64,000 bases of DNA from an uncultured Lachnospiraceae bacterium (GTDB taxonomy: Bacteria > Bacillota > Clostridia > Lachnospirales > Lachnospiraceae), in NCBI GenBank assembly GCA_964528145.1, contig CAZGSF010000001.1:3267-67266 (forward strand), in the 5' to 3' direction. The translations under genes and the position numbers were made by a program. This document shows, piece by piece, positions 19,067 through 29,268 of the stretch (position 1 is the stretch's first letter; each line of letters opens with the position of its first letter). The notes under the pieces were generated by a model, which saw only the letters and a program-made list of their open reading frames with translations, made no database searches and was not told the origin of the DNA.

Positions 19067-20392
19067 ATGGAAGATATTAGAGAATTATTGGATACAAAGC
19101 AATATACCCGTCTGCGTCAGAATCTGACGGAACATAATGATGCGGATATTGCTGCGGTTATGGAAGAACTTAATAAAGAAGAGATGCTTAAAATATTCCG
19201 TATTCTTCCAAAGGATATGGCAGCGGATGTTTTTTCTTATCTTGAAGTGGAAAATCAGCAGATGATAATTACTTCTTTGTCAGACAAAGAAGCTGCAAAT
19301 ATTATTAATAACCTGATGGCCGATGATGCTACCGACCTTTTGGAGGAAATGCCGGCAAATGTAGTTAAGAAGCTTCTTGCAAATGCCAGTCCTGAGGCCA
19401 GAAGAGATATTAACCATTTGTTACGTTATCCGGAGGATTCCGCCGGAAGCATCATGACTGTGGAGTATGTGGATCTTAAAGAGCATCTTACGGTTAATGA
19501 GGCAATTGAACGCATAAGAAAGGTCGGAGTGGATAGTGAGACTATCAACATTTGTTATGTGCTGGATGCACAGCGCAAGCTGATGGGTACGGTTGCATTA
19601 AGATATCTGCTCCTTAGTGAAGGTGACGAGATAATCGGGGATATTATGCACGAGAACGTTATCTCCATAAATACGCTGATGGACCAGGAAGAGGTTGCAA
19701 AGCAATTCAAAAAATATGACTTTACTGCCATGCCTGTTGTTGACAACGAGAATCGTCTGGTGGGTATTATTACTGTCGATGATATCGTGGATATCCTGGA
19801 AGAAGAGAATACCGAGGATATGGAGAAAATGGCAGCTATCGTACCCGGTGACAAGCCTTATATGAAGACCGGTGTGTTTGAAACCTTTAAACAGCGTTTC
19901 CCGTGGCTGCTTCTTTTGATGGTAACCTCAGTATTTACCCAGGCAATCATCATGTCTTTTGAGGATGCATTCAGCGTGGTGCTTTCCGCATTTATTCCCA
20001 TGCTTATGGGAACGGGAGGTAATGCCGGAGGCCAGGCAAGCGTTACGATTATCCGTGGTTTATCATTAGGGGAAATAGAGTATAGGGACGTACCCCGTGT
20101 AATCTGGAAAGAAGTGAGAGTGGCAGTTATATGTGGCATATGCTTGGGAATTGCCAACTTTGGTAAAATAATGTTATTTGACGGCTTAGGTATGCTTGTT
20201 GCGTTGGCAGTCAGTTTGTCATTGGTTGCGGTGGTGCTTCTTGCGATGTTTGTAGGATGTATTCTGCCGGTGGGAGCTAAAAGGGTAGGATTAGACCCTG
20301 CTGTTATGGCAAGTCCTTTTATTACAACTATTGTTGATGCACTTTCTTTGGTTATTTATTTTGCTTTTGCTTCTAATATTTTGGGATTATAG
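19067..20392 (+). CDS. mgtE: Magnesium transporter MgtE
   Basis: MgtE N domain, CBS pair, GTGGNAGGQ, DPAVMASPFITT.VD. Confidence 0.95.
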   Translation: MEDIRELLDTKQYTRLRQNLTEHNDADIAAVMEELNKEEMLKIFRILPKDMAADVFSYLEVENQQMIITSLSDKEAANIINNLMADDATDLLEEMPANVVKKLLANASPEARRDINHLLRYPEDSAGSIMTVEYVDLKEHLTVNEAIERIRKVGVDSETINICYVLDAQRKLMGTVALRYLLLSEGDEIIGDIMHENVISINTLMDQEEVAKQFKKYDFTAMPVVDNENRLVGIITVDDIVDILEEENTEDMEKMAAIVPGDKPYMKTGVFETFKQRFPWLLLLMVTSVFTQAIIMSFEDAFSVVLSAFIPMLMGTGGNAGGQASVTIIRGLSLGEIEYRDVPRVIWKEVRVAVICGICLGIANFGKIMLFDGLGMLVALAVSLSLVAVVLLAMFVGCILPVGAKRVGLDPAVMASPFITTIVDALSLVIYFAFASNILGL

Positions 20393-20400
20393 AAATTAAA

Positions 20401-20449
20401 TTGCGGAACCGACTGCCGCTTCTTTTATAGTGGGCAAACTGTTCCGCAA
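20401..20449. terminator. Hairpin between convergent mgtE and typA
   Basis: TTGCGGAAC...GTTCCGCAA arms. Confidence 0.55.
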
Positions 20450-20467
20450 AGAAAAAACAGTATAATA

Positions 20468-22300
20468 TTATTGCTTCTTGAACCCGGCGCGTTTTCTAAG
20501 CGTCGGGTCTAATATTTTCTTTCTGATTCTTAAGGATGTGGGAGTTACCTCCAACAATTCGTCAGTATCAATGAATTCCAAAGCCTGTTCTAATGAAAGG
20601 ATTCTGGGGGGAGTGAGTCTTAATGCTTCATCGGCACTGGACGAGCGTGTGTTGGTAAGCTGTTTTTTCTTACATACATTAAGCTCGATATCCTCTGCTT
20701 TACCGTTTTGTCCCACAACCATTCCCGAGTAAACTTTTTCGCCGGGACCGATAAAAAGAGTACCACGTTCCTGAGCATTATATAAACCATAGGTGATGGC
20801 TTCACCGGCCTCAAAGGCAATAAGAGAACCTTGTTTTCTGTATTGGATATCGCCTTTGTAAGGTCCGTATCCGTCAAATATGGTGTTGATTATACCATTA
20901 CCCTTGGTATCTGTCATAAATTCGCCTCTATAACCGATAAGACCGCGTGACGGAATGGAGAACTCAAGGCGGGTATAGCCGCCGGATGCAGCACCCATGC
21001 TGCGAAGTTCGCCTTTTCTTTGGCTTAATTTTTCTATAACGGAACCGGAAAATTCATCGGGTACATCAACATATGCAAGCTCCATGGGCTCAAGCTTCTT
21101 TCCGTGTTCATCATTGCGATATATAACCTCAGCCTTACTTACCGCAAATTCGTAACCTTCACGGCGCATATTTTCGATAAGAACTGATAAATGAAGCTCG
21201 CCGCGCCCGGAAACCTTAAATGCTTCGGTGGTTTCCGTTTCTTCCACGCGCAGTGATACGTCAGTGTTAAGCTCTCTGAAGAGACGGTCACGCAGGTGAC
21301 GGCTTGTTACATATTTGCCTTCTTTTCCCGCAAGAGGAGAGTCATTTACGATAAAGTTCATTGCAATCGTGGGCTCGGAAATTTTTTGGAAAGGAATTGC
21401 AGTAGGATTTTCTACAGCACATAAGGTGTCACCGATATGAATGTCGGAAATACCTGAAATTGCAACTATAGAACCGATATGTGCTTCCTTTACTTCTACT
21501 TTATTAAGTCCGTCAAATTCGTAAAGCTTACTTACTTTAACTTTTTTCTGCTTGTCGGGTTCATGGTGGTTTACAATTACAACCTCCTGATTAACGGCTA
21601 AGGTTCCGTTATCAACCTTTCCTACACCGATACGTCCCACATATTCATTATAATCAATGGTACTTATAAGCACCTGTGTACCTGCGTCGGGGTCTCCTTC
21701 GGGTGCAGGGATGTAATCAAGTATTGTCTCAAAAAGCGGAACCATGTCGGTACCTTTTGTGTCAGGGTCTAAACTTGCGATTCCTGATTTGGCGGATGCG
21801 TATACAAAGGGGCAGTCAAGCTGTGCATCATCTGCATCGAGATCAAGGAAGAGTTCCAGAACTTCATCGATAACTTCTGCAGGTCTGGCTTCGGGACGGT
21901 CAATTTTGTTAATGCATACGATTACGGGAAGCTTTAATTCAAGAGCCTTGCGCAATACAAATTTGGTCTGGGGCATGGCGCCTTCAAAAGCATCAACAAC
22001 AAGAATAACCCCGTTTACCATTTTAAGAACACGTTCTACCTCACCACCGAAATCTGCGTGTCCCGGTGTGTCAATAATATTAATTTTTGTGTTTTTATAA
22101 GTAACGGCAGTGTTTTTTGAAAGTATTGTAATACCACGTTCTCTTTCTATATCATTGGAATCCATAACACGCTCAGCAACCTCCTGATTGGCACGAAAAA
22201 CACCGCTTTGCTTAAGCAGTTCGTCTACCAGAGTGGTTTTACCATGGTCAACGTGTGCAATGATAGCTATATTTCTAATGTCTTCTCTTTTTTGCTTCAT
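20468..22300 (-). CDS. typA: Translational GTPase TypA/BipA
   Basis: AHVDHGKTT, ERERGITI, DTPGHADFGGEVER, GRGELHL. Confidence 0.98.
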   Translation of the reverse strand: MKQKREDIRNIAIIAHVDHGKTTLVDELLKQSGVFRANQEVAERVMDSNDIERERGITILSKNTAVTYKNTKINIIDTPGHADFGGEVERVLKMVNGVILVVDAFEGAMPQTKFVLRKALELKLPVIVCINKIDRPEARPAEVIDEVLELFLDLDADDAQLDCPFVYASAKSGIASLDPDTKGTDMVPLFETILDYIPAPEGDPDAGTQVLISTIDYNEYVGRIGVGKVDNGTLAVNQEVVIVNHHEPDKQKKVKVSKLYEFDGLNKVEVKEAHIGSIVAISGISDIHIGDTLCAVENPTAIPFQKISEPTIAMNFIVNDSPLAGKEGKYVTSRHLRDRLFRELNTDVSLRVEETETTEAFKVSGRGELHLSVLIENMRREGYEFAVSKAEVIYRNDEHGKKLEPMELAYVDVPDEFSGSVIEKLSQRKGELRSMGAASGGYTRLEFSIPSRGLIGYRGEFMTDTKGNGIINTIFDGYGPYKGDIQYRKQGSLIAFEAGEAITYGLYNAQERGTLFIGPGEKVYSGMVVGQNGKAEDIELNVCKKKQLTNTRSSSADEALRLTPPRILSLEQALEFIDTDELLEVTPTSLRIRKKILDPTLRKRAGFKKQ

Positions 22301-22529
22301 ATAATATTTGGCTCCTTTACTGTTTCAAAACTTCATCAGTATAGCACTATCTTTTTACAAAGGCAAGTATTTCCCATGTTTTGCCGGTTTAAACGGCGGA
22401 AATTGCGATAACTGACAGTACTAATCTGATTAAAAATGTAGTATAAATATGTTGTATTACAGATTTCGATATTTGGGGAGCATTTGAAGTCTGAAAATAT
22501 TCTAAAGTGTAAGAAGGGAGAACACAAAA

Positions 22530-23159
22530 ATGACAGATAAGGTTATTGAAAACAACCAGGTAACAATTATGGGGGAAATCGTAAGCAGATTTACCTTCAG
22601 CCATGAAATCTTCGGAGAAGGATTTTATATGGTAGATTTAAAAGTTAATCGTTTGAGCGAATCGGCGGATATTATTCCTCTTATGGTTTCGGAGCGTCTT
22701 ATTGATGTGACGGAGGATTATCAGGGATATTACATAGCGGTAAACGGACAATTCCGTTCATATAACCGCCATGAGGAAAGAAAAAACAGATTGGTATTAT
22801 CAGTATTCGCACGGGAAATTGAATTTGTGGAAGAAGTGGAAGAAAGCTCGAAAAGCAACCAGATTTACCTCGACGGATACATTTGTAAGGCGCCTATCTA
22901 CAGAAAGACGCCCTTGGGACGTGAGATTGCAGATTTATTACTGGCAGTTAACAGACCCTACGGAAAATCAGATTATATTCCCTGTATTTGCTGGGGACGT
23001 AATGCGAGATTTGCAAGCGGCTTTCAGGTTGGAGAACGCTGTGAGATATGGGGTAGAATCCAGAGCCGTGAATATATGAAGAAAATTGACGAGGACACTT
23101 TGGAAAAGAGAGTTGCATATGAAGTGTCGGTAAGTAAATTGGAATTAAAAGAAGAATAA
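22530..23159 (+). CDS. ssb: Single-stranded DNA-binding protein, tandem OB-fold clostridial type
   Basis: Two SSB-like halves; RKTPLGREIAD, SDYIPCICWGRNA, GRIQSR. Confidence 0.85.
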   Translation: MTDKVIENNQVTIMGEIVSRFTFSHEIFGEGFYMVDLKVNRLSESADIIPLMVSERLIDVTEDYQGYYIAVNGQFRSYNRHEERKNRLVLSVFAREIEFVEEVEESSKSNQIYLDGYICKAPIYRKTPLGREIADLLLAVNRPYGKSDYIPCICWGRNARFASGFQVGERCEIWGRIQSREYMKKIDEDTLEKRVAYEVSVSKLELKEE

Positions 23160-23192
23160 AGTTGAAATACAAAAAATTATAGCATCTTTACG

Positions 23193-23221
23193 TTGACAGA
23201 AAAGCGTGAGGGTGCTATGAT
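23193..23221 (+). promoter_or_regulatory. SigA promoter of the lysine riboswitch-dapAB transcript
   Basis: TTGACA-17 nt-TATGAT with an extended -10 TG. Confidence 0.8.
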
Positions 23222-23224
23222 TGT

Positions 23225-23400
23225 TTCTAACGATAGAGGTTGCGTGAATCAAGAGTACCATTTGGGATGTGGCAGTCACAGATGAAGGAATGGGAAAGGG
23301 ACGAACGCCGAAAGAGGAGATGTACTGTCAGTCAAATCTTGGGCATGCGGTTAACAGCCGTATGACTGTCATCTGAAGCAGATGGGGCGCTATCATAGAA
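23225..23400 (+). promoter_or_regulatory. Lysine riboswitch (L-box)
   Basis: GATAGAGGTTGC...GAGTA...GAAAGG...CGCCGAA...ACTGTC...GGGCGCTATC with P1 GATAG/CTATC. Upstream of dapA and followed by a GC hairpin plus U-tract (23421-23448). Confidence 0.92.
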
Positions 23401-23501
23401 AGACTTTTATTAGACTTTTTAGCCTGCCCCTTTGTGGCGGCTTTTTTTACTTTATAAAAGCATCTATTTATAGCCCGCTTAATTTTAAGGAGGTAAAGGA
23501 T

Positions 23502-24386
23502 ATGGCCATTTTTACAGGCGCAGGTGTTGCTATCGTAACACCATTTCATGACAACGGAGAAGTTAATTACGAGAAATTTGCAGAACTGATTGAGTATCAG
23601 ATTGCACACAAGACAGACGCAATTATAGTATGCGGTACAACAGGAGAAGCATCTACACTTACACATGAGGAGCACCTTGATGTTATCAAATACTGTGTTG
23701 AGAAAGTAAACGGAAGAGTTCCGGTTGTAGCAGGTACAGGTTCCAACTGTACTCAGACAGCTATTTACCTGTCACAGGAAGCAGAAAAACATGGCGCGGA
23801 CGGTTTACTTTTGGTTACACCTTATTACAATAAGGCAACCCAGAAAGGATTATATGCACATTTTAAAGCTATTGCCGATTCAGTTAAGATTCCTATTATA
23901 CTTTACAACATCCCGGGAAGAAGTGGAGTAAATATGAATCCGGATACAATTGTTAAGCTTTGCACAGAAGTAGACAATATTGTAGGTGTTAAGGAAGCAA
24001 GCGGTAATATTTCCCAGATTGCAAAGATTATGTCTCTTGCAGACGGTAAAGTGGATTTATATTCCGGTAATGATGACCAGATTGTTCCCATCCTTTCACT
24101 TGGCGGAAAAGGTGTAATTTCTGTATTATCCAATGTTGCACCGGAAGAGACACACGATATCTGTGAGATGTATTTTAACGGTGATGTGGCTGGAAGTGCT
24201 GCATTACAGCTTCGCGCAATAGAGCTGATTGATGCTCTCTTCTGTGAGGTTAATCCTATTCCGGTTAAGAAGGCTGTCAGTCTTATGGGAATTGAGGCAG
24301 GACCACTTCGTATGCCTTTAACCGAGATGGAACCTGCAAATGCAGAAAAACTTGAAAGTGCAATGAAAAAGTTTGGTATTTTATAA
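23502..24386 (+). CDS. dapA: 4-hydroxy-tetrahydrodipicolinate synthase
   Basis: GTTGE, PYYNK, YNIPGRS, GVKEAS, NPIPVK; AAGGAGG before ATG 23502. Confidence 0.97.
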   Translation: MAIFTGAGVAIVTPFHDNGEVNYEKFAELIEYQIAHKTDAIIVCGTTGEASTLTHEEHLDVIKYCVEKVNGRVPVVAGTGSNCTQTAIYLSQEAEKHGADGLLLVTPYYNKATQKGLYAHFKAIADSVKIPIILYNIPGRSGVNMNPDTIVKLCTEVDNIVGVKEASGNISQIAKIMSLADGKVDLYSGNDDQIVPILSLGGKGVISVLSNVAPEETHDICEMYFNGDVAGSAALQLRAIELIDALFCEVNPIPVKKAVSLMGIEAGPLRMPLTEMEPANAEKLESAMKKFGIL

Positions 24387-24472
24387 TCAAACGTGATAAA
24401 ATAGAAAATAAGTAAATAATTAGGAAAGGCAGGTGAATATCTGCCTTTTCTTTGATAAAGAGGAGCAGAAGA

Positions 24473-25237
24473 ATGATAAGAGTAATTATGCATGGATGTA
24501 ACGGTAAAATGGGCCAGGTTATAACAGGACTTATGGCAGGAGATGACACTGCAAAGCTTGTGGCAGGAGTGGATGCTTTTAATCAGACATCGGATACATA
24601 TCCTGTATTTAAAAGTCTTGAGGAGTGCGATGTTGAGGCAGATGTTGTAATTGATTTCTCAGCAGCACCTGCGGTAGACGGTTTGTTAGAGACTTGTGTT
24701 AAACGTAATTTACCCTGTGTGCTTTGTACTACAGGACTTTCAGAAGAACAGCTTAAAAAGGTTGAAGAAGCATCAAAGACTGTTGCAATATTAAAATCCG
24801 CCAACATGTCTTTGGGAATTAATATGTTACTTAAATTACTAAAAGAGGCTACCGGTATCCTTGCGCCGGCAGGCTTTGATATTGAAATTGTTGAAAAGCA
24901 TCATAACCAGAAGGTGGATTCACCCAGCGGAACAGCACTTGCATTGGCTGATTCCATAAATGAAGAACTTAATAATGAATATGAGTATGTATATGACAGA
25001 AGTCAGGTAAGACAGAAAAGAACTCAGAAGGAAATAGGAATCAGTGCTGTAAGAGGCGGAACCATCGTAGGGGACCATGATGTTATTTATGCCGGTGCCG
25101 ATGAAGTTATTACTTTCTCACACAGAGCTTATTCCAAGGCTGTTTTTGGGAAAGGTGCCATTCAGGCAGCTAAATTCCTTGCAGGGAAACCGGCTGGAAT
25201 GTATGATATGAGTGATGTTATTGATGCACAAATGTAA
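24473..25237 (+). CDS. dapB: 4-hydroxy-tetrahydrodipicolinate reductase
   Basis: GCNGKMG, IDFS, EKHHNQKVDSPSGTA, RGG.IVGDH. Confidence 0.97.
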   Translation: MIRVIMHGCNGKMGQVITGLMAGDDTAKLVAGVDAFNQTSDTYPVFKSLEECDVEADVVIDFSAAPAVDGLLETCVKRNLPCVLCTTGLSEEQLKKVEEASKTVAILKSANMSLGINMLLKLLKEATGILAPAGFDIEIVEKHHNQKVDSPSGTALALADSINEELNNEYEYVYDRSQVRQKRTQKEIGISAVRGGTIVGDHDVIYAGADEVITFSHRAYSKAVFGKGAIQAAKFLAGKPAGMYDMSDVIDAQM

Positions 25238-25255
25238 AAGAGGAGTATATGAAAT

Positions 25256-27268
25256 ATGTCTAATCTTGAACGTATTACCAAGCATGTTGATCGTGGCAGC
25301 GAATTGGGAATTGATGAACAGGAACTCAAATATCTTAAAAGTCTTGCAAAGCAATATCCAACAATAGCGTCGGCATCAACAGAGATTATCAATCTACAGG
25401 CGATCCTTAATCTTCCAAAGGGAACGGAGCACTTTTTGACGGATATTCATGGTGAGTATGAACAGTTTAATCATGTTCTTAAAAATGGCTCAGGTTCAGT
25501 GCGTAGAAAAATTGATGAAGAATTTGGCAACACTTTGAGCAATAAGGATAAGAAAACTCTTGCAACACTTATATATTATCCCAAGGAAAAACTGGATTTG
25601 ATATTAAAGGAAGAGGATAATATTGAAGACTGGTACAAGATTACGCTGCACAGGCTTGTTCAGATAACTAAACGTGTAGCTTCCAAATACACACGCTCAA
25701 AGGTTAGAAAAGCTCTTCCGAAGGACTTTGCTTATATTATTGAAGAATTGATAACAGAAAAGGCTGAGGTTCAGGATAAAGAAGCTTATTATAACGAGAT
25801 CATTCATACCATCATAAGAATCGGCAGAGCAGGACAGTTTATAATTGCTCTCAGTAATCTGATACAACGTCTTGTTATTGATCATTTACACATTGTTGGT
25901 GATATTTATGATAGGGGACCGGGTCCTCACATTATTTTGGATACCCTTAGCCAGTATCATTCCGTGGATGTCCAGTGGGGCAATCATGATATCGTATGGA
26001 TGGGTGCGGCAAGCGGACAAACTGCCTGCATTGCCAACGTTATACGTATGTCAGCCCGCTATGGCAATCTGGATACCTTGGAAGAAGGTTACGGAATTAA
26101 CTTGATTCCTCTGGCTACCTTTGCTATGGAAACTTATGCAAATACAAATTGCGACTGCTTTAAAATTAAATTTAACACCGACTACAATACCAAGGATTTA
26201 AGTCTTGACATGAAGATGCACAAGGCTATTTCGATTATTCAGTTTAAACTGGAAGGACAGCTTATTATGCGTCATCCTGAGTTTCATATGGAAGACAGGA
26301 TGCTTTTGGATAAAATTGATCCGGTATCCAAAACAATCGTGGCTTATGGCAAAACATATGAAATGAAGGATGTGGATTTCCCTACGGTTGACTGGAATAG
26401 TCCTTATGAACTTACAGAGGCGGAGCAGATTGTGGTAGAGCGTCTCCAGCAGGCTTTCACACGTTGCGAAAAATTACAGCGTCATGTACGTTTTATGTTT
26501 TCAAAGGGCGGCTTATATAAAGTGTTTAACGGCAATCTGTTATATCACGGTTGTGTTCCCATGGAGGAAGACGGAACCTTTTCGGAAGTGGAAGTATATG
26601 GTGAAATGTACAGCGGTAAAGCTTTGTATGATGTGCTTGATCATTATGCAAGAAAAGGTTTTTATGCTGATGAAGATATGAGTGAGAAGATAAAGGGCAT
26701 GGATATTATATGGTATATTTGGACCGGCCCCGGCTCTCCGGTTTTCGGCAAAGACAAAATGACTACCTTTGAAAGATACTTTATTGAGGATAAAGAAACT
26801 CATAAAGAAACCAAGAACAGCTATTATAGGCTTACTGATAATGAGGATGTAATTAAGAATATTCTGCAGGAGTTTGGTCTTGATATCTATAGTTCCCATA
26901 TAGTAAACGGGCATGTACCTGTTGAACGTAAAAAAGGCGAATCGCCAATTAGATGTGGAGGAAAACTGCTTATTATTGACGGTGGTTTTTCAAGGGCTTA
27001 TCAGGAAAAAACAGGAATTGCAGGATATACTCTTGTATACAATTCCCATGGTATGCGCCTTGTAGCCCATGAGCCTTTTGAGTCGGCAGAAGCCGCAATA
27101 AAAAATGAAACAGATATTTTCTCGGATTCTGTAATTATTGAGACAAGCTCCATGAGACGCAGGGTTGCGGATACTGATGTGGGAGCTGAACTTAGGGACA
27201 GCATCTATGAACTGGAAGAATTGTTAAAGGTATATAGGGAAGGCCTGATTGTAGAAAAAGGTATGTAA
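25256..27268 (+). CDS. fbp: Fructose-1,6-bisphosphatase class 3
   Basis: LPKGTEHF.TDIHGE, GDIYDRGP, QWGNHD, NGHVP, IDGGF. Confidence 0.95.
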   Translation: MSNLERITKHVDRGSELGIDEQELKYLKSLAKQYPTIASASTEIINLQAILNLPKGTEHFLTDIHGEYEQFNHVLKNGSGSVRRKIDEEFGNTLSNKDKKTLATLIYYPKEKLDLILKEEDNIEDWYKITLHRLVQITKRVASKYTRSKVRKALPKDFAYIIEELITEKAEVQDKEAYYNEIIHTIIRIGRAGQFIIALSNLIQRLVIDHLHIVGDIYDRGPGPHIILDTLSQYHSVDVQWGNHDIVWMGAASGQTACIANVIRMSARYGNLDTLEEGYGINLIPLATFAMETYANTNCDCFKIKFNTDYNTKDLSLDMKMHKAISIIQFKLEGQLIMRHPEFHMEDRMLLDKIDPVSKTIVAYGKTYEMKDVDFPTVDWNSPYELTEAEQIVVERLQQAFTRCEKLQRHVRFMFSKGGLYKVFNGNLLYHGCVPMEEDGTFSEVEVYGEMYSGKALYDVLDHYARKGFYADEDMSEKIKGMDIIWYIWTGPGSPVFGKDKMTTFERYFIEDKETHKETKNSYYRLTDNEDVIKNILQEFGLDIYSSHIVNGHVPVERKKGESPIRCGGKLLIIDGGFSRAYQEKTGIAGYTLVYNSHGMRLVAHEPFESAEAAIKNETDIFSDSVIIETSSMRRRVADTDVGAELRDSIYELEELLKVYREGLIVEKGM

Positions 27269-27291
27269 CTAAATGAATATGTAAGGTGACA

Positions 27292-27344
27292 TGTTAAATG
27301 CTCATACATCCACAGGATATCTGTAGTGCATGAGCATTTTGACA
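27292..27344. terminator. Hairpin between convergent fbp and lipoprotein gene
   Basis: AAATGCTCAT...ATGAGCATTT arms. Confidence 0.6.
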
Positions 27345-27346
27345 AT

Positions 27347-27757
27347 TTATCTTGAACCAACAACATCGTCTGTGATGTTCTGCACACCGTTTGCAGCGTC
27401 ATCAACGATGTCGCCAACGGCGTTTCCCGCATCTTCAATGACGCCACCGTTGTCTCCGGAATTACCGTTTGTGGTATTGTCTGTTGTATCGGTGGTGTCT
27501 GTGGTGCCGTTGTTTCCTGTGTTGGAATCCATACCTGTTGTTTCATTGCTGTTGGTATCGGTGGTAGTGCCTTCTGTGGCTGAATTGTTTGTGGTGCCGT
27601 TGTCGGTACCTGTCCCTTGATCTTCGGTCTGGGTTGTACCAGCCATATCTTCACGGTTGCCTGCGTTGTTGTCAGTGTTATTTCTGCCACATGCAACAAA
27701 ACAGCAGGTGGAAGCAACCAAGAGTGTAAGAATTATTGTCTTATTTAATTTTTTCAT
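27347..27757 (-). CDS. Low-complexity Thr/Asn/Asp/Gly-rich lipoprotein
   Basis: AGGAG RBS; signal peptide with lipobox FVAC; disordered T/N-rich body. Confidence 0.75.
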   Translation of the reverse strand: MKKLNKTIILTLLVASTCCFVACGRNNTDNNAGNREDMAGTTQTEDQGTGTDNGTTNNSATEGTTTDTNSNETTGMDSNTGNNGTTDTTDTTDNTTNGNSGDNGGVIEDAGNAVGDIVDDAANGVQNITDDVVGSR

Positions 27758-27897
27758 AATATTCACTCCTTTTATTATGTTTGCAGAACATATTTTTGAG
27801 CAATTCAAAGAGATGTTCTTTCGTTATTATGTGTTGTAAAAAATAAATTATACTTTTTTGTAAAAAATATTTTAAATAATGAAAGTAGGGCAAAAAA

Positions 27898-28680
27898 ATG
27901 GAATTTCGTCCTTGTATTGACATTCACAATGGTAAAGTAAAGCAGATTGTGGGAGGAAGTCTGGCAGATAAAGGTAATCAGGCTAAGGAGAATTATGTCT
28001 CTGAATATGATGCCGTATATTATGCCGAACTTTATAAGGATTTAGGCATTAAAGGAGGACATGTGATACTTCTTAATGCAAAAGATAGCGAATTTTATGA
28101 GGCTACAAAATCACAGGCGCTTGGTGCATTATCAAGGTGGCCGGGAGGCCTTCAGGTGGGAGGAGGAATCACTCCGGAAAATGCAGGAGAATTCTTAAAA
28201 GCCGGTGCAAGCCATGTAGTTGTAACTTCTTATCTTATAGAAAATAAAGAGATAAGCTTTGAAAGACTGCAAAAACTTAAAGAAGCAGTGGGTAAAGAGC
28301 ATCTTGTGTTGGATATGAGCTGTATAAAGGGTGAAAATTCTGGTGAGTATTTTGTGGTGGCAAACAGATGGCAGGATGTTACAAACAGCAATATGACACC
28401 GCAGCTTTTGGAACAACTGTCGGAGTATTGTGATGAGTTCCTTATACATGCCGTGGATGTGGAAGGAAAAGGGCAGGGGATTGATAAGAAACTGGTAAAA
28501 CTTCTTGGAGAGTATGACGGTAATCCTGTTACTTACGCAGGAGGCATACATAGTATGGAAGATTTGGAAATTATTAAGAACCTGGGTCAAAACAGAGTTA
28601 ATTTTACTATAGGAAGTGCCCTTGATATTTTTGGTGGGAATATGGTGTTTGAAGAGGTGCTTGACTATATAAAAAGTTAA
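27898..28680 (+). CDS. hisA: ProFAR isomerase, eukaryotic HIS6-type HisA
   Basis: FRPCIDIHNGKVKQIVGG, GGHVI, EFLIHAVDVEG, TIGSALDIFGG. Confidence 0.92.
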   Translation: MEFRPCIDIHNGKVKQIVGGSLADKGNQAKENYVSEYDAVYYAELYKDLGIKGGHVILLNAKDSEFYEATKSQALGALSRWPGGLQVGGGITPENAGEFLKAGASHVVVTSYLIENKEISFERLQKLKEAVGKEHLVLDMSCIKGENSGEYFVVANRWQDVTNSNMTPQLLEQLSEYCDEFLIHAVDVEGKGQGIDKKLVKLLGEYDGNPVTYAGGIHSMEDLEIIKNLGQNRVNFTIGSALDIFGGNMVFEEVLDYIKS

Positions 28681-28695
28681 AATTCTGATATAACA

Positions 28696-28726
28696 AAAAA
28701 GAACCAATCATTGATTGGTTCTTTTT
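28696..28726. terminator. Bidirectional terminator between hisA and csp
   Basis: AAAAAGAACCAATCA-T-TGATTGGTTCTTTTT. Confidence 0.75.
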
Positions 28727-28841
28727 CTAATCACTTAACTAATATTGCTAATTCTAAATAAAAAATTCTAAACAAAATTTATAATTTATATATTTAAGAA
28801 AAGGCACATAATGTTACTGATTATGGTGTTATAAGCGATTC

Positions 28842-29042
28842 TTATAACTTGGTTACGTTAACAGCCTGAGGTCCTTTTTCTCCGTTAACTACTTCGTACT
28901 CAACTGCCTGGCCTTCTTCAAGAGATTTGAAGCCTTCCATGTTAAGTCCTGAGTAATGTACGAATACGTCATTACCAGCTTCATCAGAGATGAAACCATA
29001 ACCTTTTTGGTTGTTAAACCATTTTACTGTACCTTTGTTCAT
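28842..29042 (-). CDS. Cold-shock protein (CspA family)
   Basis: [14 protein letters not shown] and [12 protein letters not shown] before ATG 29042. Confidence 0.97.
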   Translation of the reverse strand: MNKGTVKWFNNQKGYGFISDEAGNDVFVHYSGLNMEGFKSLEEGQAVEYEVVNGEKGPQAVNVTKL

Positions 29043-29268
29043 TATAGATACCTCCAAAAGAATAAATAAATGTTGTGTTATCACAACACGTTAAGAATAG
29101 CACACATTCTCATAAAAGTAAAGCGTAAATATACAGATTTTTAGTGGATTTTTGACGAATTGACAAAATGATATTGCCTTTTTTCCTTAAGTGTGATAAT
29201 TTTATGCAAGACTGACAAGACAGTTGAGTTGACAGTCGGGTAAGCGTTTAAAATATACAGAGGAGTAA

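Noticed and set aside
20401..20450. c-di-GMP-I riboswitch (contains GGGCAAAC)
   Set aside because: Lies between two convergent 3' ends and lacks the other consensus elements; better explained as a terminator-like hairpin.
23382..23501. 40-aa N-terminal extension of DapA in the ORF track
   Set aside because: Overlaps the riboswitch and its terminator; a strong RBS precedes ATG 23502. Similar over-extensions occur for yigZ (18275), pspA (34795) and csp (29084).
27205..27717. 170-aa Pro/Thr/Gln-rich ORF
   Set aside because: Alternative frame of the low-complexity lipoprotein gene, with no RBS.
27347..27757. Thr/Asn-rich lipoprotein as the accessory Sec substrate
   Set aside because: Short, has an ordinary lipoprotein signal, lacks Ser-X repeats and is not linked to the asp operon.
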